The notes under the pieces are model-generated. The model was not told the DNA's origin. It saw only the letters and a program-made list of their open reading frames with translations, and searched no databases. Shown piece after piece: positions 29,026 to 61,503 of a stretch of 64,000 bases of DNA. Numbering within the stretch: the first letter of the stretch is position 1; the number at the start of each line of letters is the position of its first letter. A program made the position numbers and the translations under genes. Origin of the DNA: Paraspadella gotoi (Eukaryota > Animalia > Chaetognatha); assembly GCA_051294375.1 (NCBI GenBank), contig CM119264.1, forward strand, positions 22,262,709-22,326,708. Reading direction: 5' to 3'.

Positions 29026-31198
29026 CCTATTCTGCGGGAAGTGTGTAGGACGGTCGTAAGCTGCCTTGGGGCGTTGGAAAACCCTCAAGCCTGGTTCCAA
29101 GCCCAGGACCCGTTCCATAGCTGCAAGAGGGAGTTATAAAGAAGTTGCGGATAGTCATCTTCAGCCCACTGAGCGCCTTATCCACAGTACTATATATAAA
29201 TAGCCTACTGCGAAAATTAAAAAACATAAAATTTAATTTTTTTTACAAATTAAATTATTCACTGATGGTATTGTTGTTCATAATTGACTTTTAGTAATTT
29301 TCGTATGTAACTTTCACTACGCCTTAGTATGTATACTTAAATACTGCCTATACCAAAATGTGAAGTAATTTTCTAAAAAGCAAAGTATGTTCGTCTTTTT
29401 AATCGCTTAACTTCTGATTTTCTTGACCAGAGTCAGAAACAGTTATTTATAAAATTTATTTTTAACGTCCCATTCGTTTATCCCTCGGGCGTCTCTTCTT
29501 TTCTTTACCTTTCTTCTCTTCTCTTTTCCTCTCTTTAAAAACGCAAGATGGCGTCTCTCGCGTCTTGTTTGGCTTCCGCTTCCATCTGTTGGAGCCTGGA
29601 GGAAGCGTCGTCGTCGTCATCATCGTCGTCGTTTTCGTCGTCAACGGACTCGGTAGTCCCTCGTCGTCGTGGTCGTCGTCGTCGTCGTCGTCGTCGACGT
29701 CATCGTGTGAAAATAAAAAACGTGGCAATCAACGAGGTGGTGAATTGTGAGCTGGGGAGGATGGTGAATGGGCGGGATGCTGGAATGGGTTGTGGTGCCG
29801 ACATGAAGATGAGAAAGGACTTGTCTGGCAAAGATGTTGCAGATGATGGAGAGAGCTCTGAGGCAACAGGTCAGATTACATGTATCTTGCATAATAATGG
29901 AATCTGGATATTGTCACACCCAAATTTCACATGACAATGAAACCAAAATATTTTAAATTAAACAAACGGCTAATATGCCAAAAATGCATAATATAAACAA
30001 GAATATATAGCATATGAGAAAGTTTATAAAAAAAAAATTGTATTGTTCAGAAAAGACGAAATTCTCGTGGAAAAATAAAAACGCGGAAAAAAATCTGTTT
30101 CGGGACAAAAAGGGAGGAGACGTGAAAATTTGGCTTTCACATCCCAAGCACGAGTCAATCTGCCCGAAGAAAAACATATCGAAAATCTTTTCTCTCTTTT
30201 TTTTTTCTCTCTCATAAAAAACTCGGGCCTCTTGTCTCGGGGCAAATTCGAGATATTGGCTGGATAAGAATTCTGCCCGTCGTCTCTCCTGCGATGGAAT
30301 CTTTTAGCTTACAAAAATAAAAGAAAAACAAAAGTTTCTGGTTTAAAGCTTGGTTTACGAGCTGATCGTTTGTACCACCCTGCTCAATGCTTACCCTACT
30401 AAATATGCGTTGCTTTCTTCTTCTGTTCCTTTCCCACGTCACGGTCAAAGACTTGTCGGGGATTGGTCTCTCCTGCTCAGTGCTCACGTATTTAGCCGAT
30501 TTTTTTCTCCCAAACTTTTTTTTCTGTTGCTCTTTTGTTTACGATGTAGCAGAATTTCGGCCTTCGGCCTCGCGTCTAAATCTGGAAACTCATCTTTATT
30601 TTACCAGCTTAAGATGCTGTTGCTTTAAGAACTATGGGAAGGAAGGTATGAAAGGGAGGAAAGAAAGGAAAAAAATGACGAAAGAGAGAAAAGTAACGAG
30701 CGAAGACAGAAAAAAGAAAAGAAAAAAAAAAGGAAATAAGGAAAGAAAGAAAAAAAAACGTGGTAATAAACGACTCAAATTTCTCTGTTTTATTCAATTC
30801 CAGTTCATCGCGTTGACGACGTCATTTTTTATTTGTCAATTATCATTATTCAGTTGTTACTTGTCATCTGCCAGTTGTCACTTGTTTTTATCCTAAGTCC
30901 ATTCATCTAAATATGAGAATTTTGCAACTAGTAGCCATGACAAATCTACTAAAAAAAGCTAGCGATTGCTTTAGAGTGGTTTTAAATTATTTAAATGAAA
31001 AATTTAAGTGTCTCTCCTATCATCTCATGGCAAGTAGAGGTTCTTCCATTTCGCAATAAATGAACGACCTTCGCTATTGCGCTTGCGCAGAAAAGTCAAC
31101 GACGACTCTTTATCCCTTTTGGGCGCAGCCCACCGCGTCACCATGGCGACTGAGGGAGTAAATAACTCACTCAAGCGGGAGAAGGAAGGAGATTCAGT

Positions 31199-31317
<119 letters not shown>

Positions 31318-31564
31318 AAGGAAAACTACGGCTGACTTGGCACCGTCGACTTCGCTATCGCTATCGGCCTGGGCAACGCTTGTCTCACTTTCGCCGGACT
31401 TGGCGCCGCTTGTCTCACGATAGATGGCCTTGGTTTCGCTATTGCTTAATTTGGAACACCATTGCTATTGCTCGTAGTTGTGTATATTTTTGACAATTTC
31501 CTTTTCTGATGTTCTATCGTAGGCCTTGGCACCTTTTTGGTACTGCCTGTCTCTCAAAGCGGGT

Positions 31565-31687
31565 CTTGGCGCCGCATGTTTCGATTTCTCTGTTCTTGAC
31601 ACCGCCTGTTTCAATATGGCCTGTCTTGGCACCGCCTGTTTTGCTATCGCCGGTCTTGGCACCGCCTGTTTGGCTATCGCCGCTCTT
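31565..31687. repeat. 30-bp minisatellite CTTGGCACCGCCTGTTT.. x4, with degenerate units upstream from about 31335
   Basis: Units start at 31565, 31595, 31625 and 31655. Confidence 0.8.
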
Positions 31688-31864
31688 CAGGATCTCGGAT
31701 CAGGAGTGGCTTGCCTTCTCCGGTCTTGGCTTCGTCGGCCTTCTACCGGAAAAGGAAGAGCCAGCGGAGCGACGTTTGTTCTCTCTCAAACGGGCGATAA
31801 TGTTGGGCGTGTTCTACTATGGAGGTTTGGTGAGTGTTAGACACACACACACAAAAAGAGAGAG

Positions 31865-31957
<93 letters not shown>

Positions 31958-32047
31958 ATAAAATATTGTTGTTCAGTGATATTTTGTCCGGTTTATAAAT
32001 AATCTTTTAATTGACTTTTCGTCTCCGTCACGCTCAACAGTACTATA

Positions 32048-32899
32048 CAAGGGTGGGACCCTATATTGAGACAAAATTTAACGTCCTGTCCTGTCTGAAC
32101 AATTTGAGATATAATAATAAAATTAGGGGCAAAAATTTTTGGGTTTTTTAACTTTTATGTACAATGAAAAAAAATATAAATTTGTAAGCAAAACAGTTAG
32201 TCGTTTTTATGCGCGCGCATTGTATTGCATATGATAAAAGCCATACTTTTTAATATTTTTCAGGGGTCATTTCTGAACATCTTCAATTCACTTGATTTTA
32301 AGCTTTTCATCACTATCCAAATTAAACTTATTTATTTTTTTATAGGTAAGTAAATGAAAATGTTAGGAACATTTTAACAAATATGCTTAAATCATCAAAT
32401 ACTTTATGTATTTCTTACCGTTTTGATCTTTTTATTATGCATTCAGAAATTTTACATGATTAACTTAATTATCTTACAATATCGTTAATATTTTTTTTGA
32501 TAAAAGTAAGTTTTAATAAAAATTAAACTATAATAGTAACATAACCAAACCTTACCCTCTTACTTCAAAATTTTTAAACCAAAATGAAATGTAAACCTTT
32601 CCAGAAGAATTATACTATAAATATGTACTTCCAAAAATATTTTTAACTGTTATGTCTTAGAATGAGATTATAAACAATAAGTTTTCAAACATTTTGTTTC
32701 AAACCGCGCGGAGAAATCAGAGCAGTTGCTTTAGCTGCATCAAAAAAAGCATTATATTAAAGAATTTCAAAAAGATTAATATATTGTCTAAAAGCATTAT
32801 AAAAGTATTATAAAAATATTTATTCAGATTTCAAAAATCATTAAGAGTTTTAGAGTAATGATATTTTTAATTTTGTCTCGATATATGGTCCCACCCCTG
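32048..32899. mobile_element. Tc1/mariner-type MITE
   Basis: About 31-bp TIRs ta|CAAGGGTGGGACCCTATATTGAGACAAAATT ... AATTTTGTCTCGATATATGGTCCCACCCCTG|ta; TA TSD; no ORF. Confidence 0.85.
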
Positions 32900-32901
32900 T
32901 A

Positions 32902-33030
32902 TTTAAATATAGCCTACTGCGAAAATTAAAAAAATATAAAATTTCTTTTTTTTTTATAAATTTATGTTCAATGGTGGTACGTTGTTCATTATTGACTATT
33001 GAAATTTTCATAGGTGAATTTCACTACACT
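32902..33030. mobile_element. Arm of a second copy of the 27988-29323 foldback family
   Basis: AGCCTACTGCGAAAATTAAAAAA...GTTGTTCAT...TTTCACTAC matches 29202-29320. Confidence 0.7.
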
Positions 33031-35299
33031 CTATTGTTCATCTGTTTTGGTTTTTTTATTTTTTTTTGTTAAAATCGTTTCATCTTTTATTAATTNNNNN
33101 NNNNNNNNNNNNNNNNNNNNNNNNNNNNNNNNNNNNNNNNNNNNNNNNNNNNNNNNNNNNNNNNNNNNNNNNNNNNNNNNNNNNNNNNNNNNNNNNNNNN
33201 NNNNNNNNNNNNNNNNNNNNNNNNNNNNNNNNNNNNNNNNNNNNNNNNNNNNNNNNNNNNNNNNNNNNNNNNNNNNNNNNNNNNNNNNNNNNNNNNNNNN
33301 NNTTGTTTAATTTATTTTTATGTTAAGATAATTTTTTCAGGTGATTTTCAGGGAATTCTATTTACGCCCTCGTGTTTAAATCATTTCTTTTAATCCATTG
33401 GTTTTCTTTTTTCTTTCCGTCTGCCCCCTTTTTTTCTTTTTTTCTTCCTTTATTTCCTTTTTTTCCCTATTTTTTCTTTCTTTCTTTCTCTCTTTTTTCC
33501 CCCATTTTTTGCCTCCAACTTGACAATTAGACCGCCAACAGATCCCGAAAGATTTTAAGGCACTTAAGGTTCTTTTAATGGTTTCGTTTATCACAGAGAA
33601 AGCGGAACTCGACGAAAAAAAAATAGGATTAAGTGCCAAAGCTTTTTTTTGGTTTTACATTGAAAATAGGAAAATTCTTGGGATAGCAAGCCGTCTTTTG
33701 TTTCTCGAAGTGCAGCGTCGTCCATTATTGTTGCTCGAAAATTATCACCAGAAAAAAAAAAATACCTGCACATACATCACGAGATATATATGAAATTCGT
33801 TTAACAAATATAAAAATTATCCATCTGTAACAGTCTATCTAATTTATTAACTTTCAAAGTTCCTGATTTGTATTAAAGGAGAGAACTTCCTTAAGTATTA
33901 GATCGGGGAATACGATATTCTACTCTGTATTAGCATCCAAACACAATGAGCCGATTGTTATGAAATTGGTACAACCAAAATAAAAGTTATTTTATGTATA
34001 CATCCGGTTTTAATACACGCTAAACTACCGGATAAAAAACGATCATAAACGAGAGTCGGTGACCCGGTAATGAAGGCGTCACCTCCCCAATCTCCCCACA
34101 GGAGATAAAAGCCGCGAGACGACCTTTCCATTTTATGGGTTGATTCGTTAATGGAGGCAGAGCGAACGCGAAGAGGATGAAAAGGCGAGGGGGGGCGTAG
34201 GGGGGTGACGACGGGGTGGTGATATAGGTGGCGCCTGAGAGAGCGAGGAGTGGATATGTATGTAGGAGAAGCGACATTCGAGCGAGAGGTCATAAAAGTT
34301 AGTCTGAACATAATCTCGGAAAATGGACGCATTTCGATGAGAGAGATGAGAAGGAGAGAGGGAGAGAAGTCGGAGGGGAAAAATGGAGGCGAAGGAGGAA
34401 AAAAACTAACTTGGGTGTGGGAAAGTAATGGGAGAAAAATAAAGAGGTGACGATAGAGAGAGGGACATTAAAAAAAAAGAATAATAAGAAAGAAAATGAG
34501 AAATTTACGTAAAACAAAGAATCGCGTCGGAAAAAAAAAAAATACTCGGAATGAAGAAGGAAAAGTAGCATTTATTAAAGACAAAAAAGAAAAAGAAAAA
34601 AAAATTGTATGAAAGGGAGAAAAGGAGAGAATAAAAAAAAAACCAAAGGGGAACATAAAAATCGCGCGAGGAGGAAGCGACGACCAGGGGGGGGGTGCCT
34701 CTAAGTTTCGCTTTTCCCCCCTCCCCCCCTCCCCTCACCCCGATTATTGCGTTTCGTTGACCCAGAACGACCCGGTGATGACCTCGATTGAAACGCTTCG
34801 TCCCCTTTTCGACTCGAAAAGAAGAATCCTCCGACGATTCCTTTTTCCTTTCCTTCTTTCTCAGCCTGCCTTTTCTACTTATTTCCCTTTCTTATTTCCT
34901 TTCTGTCTTTCTAGCTGCTTTCTTCACTTTTGCCTTCTTTTTCCCTTTCCTTCTTTATTCTATGCCTCTTCTCACTTGTCCTTTGTTTTTCCTTCCTCTC
35001 TTTCTCGCTCTTTCTGAATTCCCTTTCTATTCTTTCTTCTTTCTCTGCCTCCTCTCAGCTTTCCTTTCTTTTCCTTTCTTCTTTCTAGCGCTTCCTTACT
35101 CACATCTCCGCCTTTCTTTTCTCTTGGTTCCGCTGCTCTTCTTTGTACCCTTATCATCAGCCTTTTTCTGATTCCAAACCGTCTCATCGCCTCTCACAAT
35201 TTACTTCCATTCATTTTGTGTTACCTTTCTTTCCTTCTTTCTAGCATAAGCCTTACAGACTTTCACTCTCTTTTCTGCTTTCCTCTTTCTTAGTCTCCT

Positions 35300-36000
35300 C
35301 CGTTATCTCACCTTTTCCTTTCTTTTCCTTTCCTTCTTCTCGCCCTCCTTTTCTCACTTTCCCTTTTTTTTCCTTTTTCTTTCTCGCCTCCTTTCTCACT
35401 TTTCCTTCTTTTCCTTTCCTTCTCGCCTCCTTTCTCACTTTCCCTTTCTTTTCCTTTCCTTTTTTCTGCTCGGCCTCCTTTCTCACTTTTCCTTTCTTTT
35501 TCCTTCCTTCTTTCTCGCCTCCTTTCCTCACTTTTCCTTTCTTTTTCCTTTCCTTCTTTCTGCCTCCTTTCTCACTTTTCTTTCTTTTTCTCCGTATTCT
35601 TTCTTTCTCAGCTCTACCTTTCTCACGTTTCCATTTCTTTTTTCCTTTCCTTCTTCCTCGCTCCTTCTCATTTTCTTATCTTTCTTTCCTTCTTTCTCGC
35701 CTCCTTCTCACTTTCCTTTCTTTTCCTTTCCTCTTCTCAGCCTGCTGTCCACGTTTGTCCTTTATTTTTCCTTTCTTGTTTCTCGCCTCCTTGCCTCAGT
35801 TTCTCTCGTTGTCTTTTCCTGTTCCTTCTTCGTCGCCTCCTGTTCTCATTTCTTTCTTTTTCCCTTTTCTCTTTCTAGCCCTCTACCGTGTGGCTCGACT
35901 TTCCTGTTTTCCACTTTTCTTGCTTTTGCACCTCCTTTCTCACTTTCCCTTTTTCTCTTTCATTTTCTTCTTTCTCGCCTCCTTTCTCACATTCCCATTT
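35300..36000. repeat. Degenerate pyrimidine minisatellite (TCTCGCCTCCTTTCTCACTTTTCC..)
   Basis: Repeated core about every 35-45 bp. Confidence 0.75.
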
Positions 36001-36280
36001 TTTTTCTTTTCTCCCCTCTCCCGCTCAACCCAGCATTCCCCGCGACCCCCAACCCCTTCCCCACATCAACTCCTCACTCCCATTCGCCTCGTCATTGAGC
36101 CCCTCAAAGCTTTTCTCTTCACCCTCCTGAAGAAACTCGTATTCCCCGCTAGAAGGCTGAAATGGGGGCGGAAGGGGGGGGGGAGAAGGGGGGGGAGAGA
36201 GTCGAGGCGAAAAATTTCGCGTCGAATCGTGACTCGACCGCGAAATAAAAATCGTCGACAGCATCTTAGTCTTTTGTGTA

Positions 36281-36318
<38 letters not shown>

Positions 36319-36517
36319 GTGTCATTTTTAGTGGCCGTCGGTGTCGTAAATAACGTTGTGATCTCGAACTGTTCGTTGTTGTCATCGAACACTTTTCGTT
36401 GAAACCGTCGTTGTCATCGTGATCTATATTTTGTTGTTGTCGCCATAGCAACTTGTTCGTCGTTGTAGTCGTCAGTTTTGTCATCGCGACCTTCATTGTC
36501 GTCTTCGTCGACTCGGT

Positions 36518-36628
36518 CAAGGCTTTAGTTTTCCTTTGTGGTCCTCTGTTTTGTCAAGGCTTTAGTTTTCCTTTGTTGTTCCCTGTTTTATCAAGGCTTT
36601 AGTTTTCCTTCGTTGTCCTCTGTTTTGT
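36518..36628. repeat. 37-bp tandem repeat x3
   Basis: CAAGGCTTTAGTTTTCCTT.. at 36518, 36555 and 36592. Confidence 0.9.
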
Positions 36629-37235
36629 TGCGGTTCTTAACGTCACAATGTCATTCTTTTCATCTTTGTATCGTCGCCTGAGTCGTCAAATCTGTCTCCT
36701 TTCAAATTGTTCCCTTGAAATTCATTACAGCTTTTCAATTCCGAGTTTGTCTCGAAAGGATTCTCTTATGTCGCCATAAAAAACAATTGTAACGAGACCG
36801 TCGCCGCGTTCTGGCGTCAACGTCGTTGCGAAGGTTTTGTTTTCTGCCTTCGATTCTAGTTCAGCCTCCAGAGGTCATGGTCGATGTCACCAGGCGATAA
36901 AAATACAACTTTATTTCTTTTCTTTTTCTCTTTCTCATTTTTCTCTTCCTTTCTTCCTCCCTTCCTCCCTTCCGGCAATCCATTTTTTCCCTTAAACGCC
37001 ATCTAGTTTTCTCCCGGAGTCCGACGATGACGGAAATACGATAACTCATCCCGCAGCATTCTCGGATTGGCAACCGCGACGTCATCGTTCCTTCGCTGCG
37101 CCAACGACAACAACGACAACGACGACGACAACGACTTTCTCTATCCGTATCGTTTAACGTATGCAAACGTCTTTATCGTTTTAAAATATTCAGCGAAACA
37201 TTCGTGTTTTCATGGAAAGAGAAGCCGAGATTCGC

Positions 37236-37355
<120 letters not shown>

Positions 37356-37749
37356 GGGAGAGAGAGGAGACATGGATGGATTTACGCCGTTGTTTTGGAG
37401 ATTGAATGAAAAGAAAAGAAGGACGTTGACTGTAACTCGGAGACGCTCTGTCTCAGACGGATTACCCACAAACCGAGACTAAGTGATTCAAAACAGTGTC
37501 CTGTCTAATACAGAAAAGATGGCGCCCGACGTAAAAAAAATGAGAAGGAGAAAAGTTCCTTTTTTTTCAATTCCAGATTCCTGGCAACACCATCCGAGAA
37601 ACAAAAATGTTTCCACGGAGTCCGTTTTACAACTCCATAACAAACGCCTTTTCTCCACGCGTTGTTTTTCTCTTTCTCTCTCTCTCAATCTCTCTCTCTA
37701 TCTCTATCTCTATCTTCGTATTGCTCTATTCTCATAGTCTCTCTCTCTC

Positions 37750-43560
<5,811 letters not shown>

Positions 43561-43621
43561 AAAGAGAGAGAGAGACGGGAGAGAGAGAGAAATGAGAGAG
43601 AGAGAGAGTGAGGGAGAGGAG

Positions 43622-43658
<37 letters not shown>

Positions 43659-43975
43659 CTTTTAAAACAGAAACCTAGGTTTGATTAAAATTCTTAAATG
43701 ATTAATCGTTGCAAACAAGGACTCACAATAATACGTTTTTCACATAGTTAGTATTTTACATAGAAATGTGACTGATCGACATGAAATTACCCGCCATGGG
43801 CAGATTCAAACTGAGTGAAATCAGAAGCTTATTAAAATAAAATACAATTACCTTTATTACGTAAAAGCCGCCATTTTGTAAGCCGCATTGACTCGAATCT
43901 CTCCCTCTTCCTTCTCCTTCTTTCCCCCTTCCCCCTTCCCTCTTCCCATCCCCTCCCATCTCACCCCCCACTCAG

Positions 43976-57437
<13,462 letters not shown>

Positions 57438-59633
57438 AACGATATATTCTTATTCTTTCTTAATTTCGTTTCAATGGTTGAATAATTTGAGTCCAGAGTT
57501 CGCTTCCCAGGTCCTCATATTGCATCGTTTTCGAAAAAAAAAAAATTCAAATCGGAAAATGTCGCCAATAGATTGCGGAGACAACTATCTTAAACGATCT
57601 TGTTACCGTACCCATTACCCACCAAATCGGGAATCAATGTTTAGTTTTGATGCTGTCTCAATTCCTTTCCTATCACTCCAGTCTAAAGTTCATGAAAAAG
57701 AAACATGACCGTTGTCCGATCGTCGGCACTTTTATGTTACGACGTAAACGCTCTTTCACTCTCCCAGCATCATTGCTCTTCTCTGCTATTCTTAGTTGAA
57801 AATTAAATCTTCTCCATCGATGAAACTGGGGCCTTTGTCCTGGAAAGTAAATGAAGCAGGGAGGAGAATGTTGTTTGGCCCACCGGGTCTTTTCCAATCA
57901 ATGAATATTCAGTTGAGGTCCGGACGAAGATAATGTCCGCTTCGGTTCAAATCCTGTCTCTTAGTTTTTTGTTGTTTTCTTGTTTTGTTTTTCTTTTTTT
58001 TTTTCAGTCGACGCGGCTTCGTTATAAAACCGTGGTTCGCAGTTTGCTCGCTCGAATCGTGAAAGATAAAGATAAACGGGTTTAGCGGTCTTATTTTTGC
58101 AGTTCAGACTCGTTAGGGATAAAAACAGGATTAATAACCTATTAACCTTACTATAGTTTTTATTGGTGAACACTGAACACTGAACAGTTTGTGGTCATCT
58201 GTTCAAATTCTTGAAACTGGGCTGTACCACACTGTACCTCGGTGTGACGCTCTGACGTTTTCGGACCGAACCTTCCTTTCTCGTATTCCCATTAGCTGCA
58301 GTTTTCACCGATCTTTCGGTACCGAAAATCCCTGGATAATTGTGGGTGAAACCGAGTTCGTTTGTCTGACTGAATCAGCGAATGGGAAGTTGGTATTAAA
58401 AGACGTTTTATTGGCCGACAGGCTAATAGAGCGACTGATTGGTGAACAAGATTAATTTACCAACTCGGATAGCATGTTCGGCTCATGAGATACCTAGGTA
58501 CACTTTAGGTAATCTGGTTAGTCAACGATAATTCATATTTCGATAATAAAGAAACAAGAGAGCGACCTTCTTTTTTTTCACATTCGAATCACGTTTTAAT
58601 CACCGCCTGATCACTATTTGATAATCCTTCCTTCTCACGTCTCCCTTTTTCACGTCATCTCCGATCCCATCAATTATCGCTCAATCACCATTTATCCTCC
58701 ATTACGGTTCAGTCACCGTTTTTTTTCGCTCACTTCAATCACCATTCGATTACCATTTTAACGCCGTTCGAAGGCGATACGAGTTTGGCGGGATCGCCAT
58801 ACACTTTGTCCACCGATTCGGAGTTAAGCCAAGTAGTTTATTGGAGAAAAGAGTTAAGCGCTAAGAGTTTGTTTAGTTTGTTCAGAAAAGAAGAAAAAAT
58901 CGTACAAAAAGAAAGTAAGGAAATGTGACATTACCTACCCACAACCCAGTCAACCCTCGTTTTTTTTTAAGCGATAAATTAAGTGACACATTTGTCAGAT
59001 TCTTTTTCTTCTTTTCTTATTCTTTTCCGTTGATGAACGACGGAAGGGAGAAGAAAAGAGTCGCGTTGATACTTTGTCGGTGACTTGGTAACTTTAAATT
59101 TTTTTAAAAAGGATTTGGATCACAGGTTACATTTAAGACTTAAGTAAGTCGTCAATTGAGGTCCTAAAGTGTTTTCTTAATGAGCAAAATCCAACAATTC
59201 AGGATCGTCGCATCGACCAAGCACAACAAATATTTGCTGTCTGTCAAGCCTTTTGAAAAATTTATTTTTGAAATCGAAAGTTGAATTTCCTAAATTCTGA
59301 GAAATGTATTTTGCCTCACTCCCAATTTTTCTAAGACGCGCTTAACAAATAATGAGTCGATTCCATTTCTTTTCAAACTTCCTCGACGCGGCAACGTCTC
59401 GAATCTCTCGGCTTTTTCTCAGAAATAGAACTGCTTTTCTAAGAAATGGAACCGCGAAAAAGAGGGTGGGCTGTGACAAGGGGAGAGAGGCTCAATGTTC
59501 CTGTCGCGGACACTCTGGGTCTTTATTTGGCTTTCGGGTCGGCATTGGGCTTTTCTCCTTTTCTCATTTTCTCCTTTTTTTAAATTTTCTCAGGCGCTTT
59601 CTCTTCCTCTCTCTATCTCTTTCTCTCTCTCTA

Positions 59634-59719
<86 letters not shown>

Positions 59720-61064
59720 CTTTTCTCTCCCTCTCTCTTTTACGCGCTCTCTACACTTTACCGTCCTTCCATTTCCTAGGTTCCGGAATATTATTATTTA
59801 TTTATTTATTATTTTTCTTATTTTCCACATTTTCTCGACTGCATCTCTTAAGCTTAATAAAAAAAAATAATACATACCAAGAATTTTTTAAAAATTACAC
59901 ATAAATAAATGAACTAAAATTTAAAAAAAATTATATGAATAGATATAAGTAATAAGTAATAAGTAATAGATATAAGTTTGGATTGAGGCAACATCGAAGC
60001 TCCGTCTTCGCTCCTTTTACTTTATGGCACGAAAATGATTTTTTCCTGCTTCTCGTCTCTGTCGACGTTTGTCAAAAAACAACAACAACAACACGGAGTG
60101 ACTTATTGTTGTTTTGCTTTTTTTTTCAGAATTCTAAAGCCATCGTAATAAATAAATTGATTTAAAAAAATATAAAAGTATTGATTATAAATTAATTAAA
60201 TAGTATAACAAAGGTGAATTTTTAGTTTTAAAAGAAGTTAAAGTGATTCTCTTTCTGTCTCTCTCTCTCTCTCTTAATCAGGGTCGTTTTAGCAATATTT
60301 TATCATCATCATCATCATCTCTCTTTCTTTCTCTATTTTTTATTCTCTCTCTCTCCCTCTCTCTGTCTGTCTCTCTCTCTCACTGACAGAAGCGTAAGAA
60401 TTTGGCATGGAGTGGCTTAATACCACGAACGCCGTAAAAGCCGCCAAAGCCTGTAATGCCTCTGATGTCACTTTAATGCTGCTCATGCAACAGTCTCGAT
60501 AACTGCAAGTAAATGACGAGTCCAAAAAAATGATGATTGGCAATGCAAAACGGGGGTGTCAAACTTCACTGAACTGAACTGAAATGGCGCGAGTTTACAG
60601 CGGTAGTCAGTTAGGACCGGAACTAGGATGCGAGAAGCCAATAGAAAAATCGAGAGAGAGAGAGAGAGAGAGAGCTCAAAGTTGGCGTCCGATGGACGAG
60701 GAGGTCAGGAGGAGAAAGCGAAAGACGGACGGTGACCCCGGGTCGAATCGCGGGTTGCGGATTCAGGGATCGAACTCTGAGCTCATTTTTTAGAAACTCC
60801 CTTTCTTTTCTCTTTCACTACGGACTATTACTTGTGAAAGCTACGTTTCGGAAACGGGTTTTTCTAGTCGCCTTTAATTCTGTCTTCCTCACTAAGTCCA
60901 TCCAACGACAACGACGACAACGACGACAACGACGACAACGACGAAAAGAAACGAAGAGATGAATCGCGATAGAGAAACAGCTGACCTCTGGTTCTTTGGC
61001 GGCTTTTCTCAGAAACGAGATAAAAAACGACGCGAGAGCGCTTTCTTTTTTTGGCACCAGTTTA

Positions 61065-61106
<42 letters not shown>

Positions 61107-61117
61107 TCTTTCTTTCT

Positions 61118-61173
<56 letters not shown>

Positions 61174-61460
61174 GGCCCGCATCCAATAAGTGATTTGGAC
61201 TTTTCTAAATTGACTGTTCATGACGCAACGAACCTTGATGACGTTGGTTCCTAATTATTTTTAAACGGTTGAGTCTGTCCGACTCTCTGTCTAAATGATT
61301 GTTCACTTGTAGCAATAAACATTTGTGAATTAAATGTAAAGGGAGGCTTCATTTGCAGTTATTATAAAATTTGGTTGTGATATAAATCATTTCTTTTTCG
61401 TTGAAGTAGTTAAAGAAAGTTTGATTTGGAATGTGACAACGATTAGATTTTATTAGCAAA

Positions 61461-61503
61461 AACAGACATGTTTCGGCTTTGCTTGCAAGCCTTCATCAGC
61501 GTT
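61461..61503 (-). ncRNA. Minimal type I hammerhead ribozyme motif
   Basis: Minus strand AACG-CUGAUGA-A-GGCUU GCAAGCA AAGCC-GAAAC-AU-GUC-UGUU: catalytic core, stem II, palindromic ACAUGU at helix III, GUC triplet and a 4-bp stem I. Confidence 0.7.

Larger units (their letters stand above)
28475..29186 (+). mobile_element. TRIM (non-autonomous LTR retroelement) with tRNA-like sequence in its LTRs, Helenus-type
   Basis: Direct repeats 28475-28765 and 28894-29186, both TGTAGT...CCACA (TG..CA); PBS-like TGGTGAGCCCA at 28767; G6 tract at 28886-28891 just before the second LTR; 128-bp non-coding interior; GTAC TSD at 28471-28474 and 29187-29190. Confidence 0.9.
27988..29323. mobile_element. AT-rich foldback/MITE hosting the TRIM
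   Basis: Termini ttaa|GGCGTAGT...ACTACGCC|ttag. Imperfect inverted arms along the whole length (e.g. CGCAGTAGGC 28111 vs GCCTACTGCG 29203; TTCATTAAGTGGGT 28251 vs ACCCACTTAATGAA 28343), centre near 28300. Confidence 0.75.

Noticed and set aside
29720-29934. Protein-like reading NVAINEVVNCELGR...
   Set aside because: No acceptor site and no recognisable domain; probably a repeat fragment.
31465-31840. Repeat-protein ORFs (AKQAVPRPAI)n
   Set aside because: Explained by a 30-bp minisatellite; no splice or start context.
36518-36628. CRISPR-like 37-bp repeats
   Set aside because: Contiguous tandem units with no unique spacers, in a eukaryotic context with no cas genes.
60406-60503. Plus-strand AAKACN peptide echoing GFRA1
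   Set aside because: Lacks the other cysteines and a usable acceptor in that frame; likely chance.
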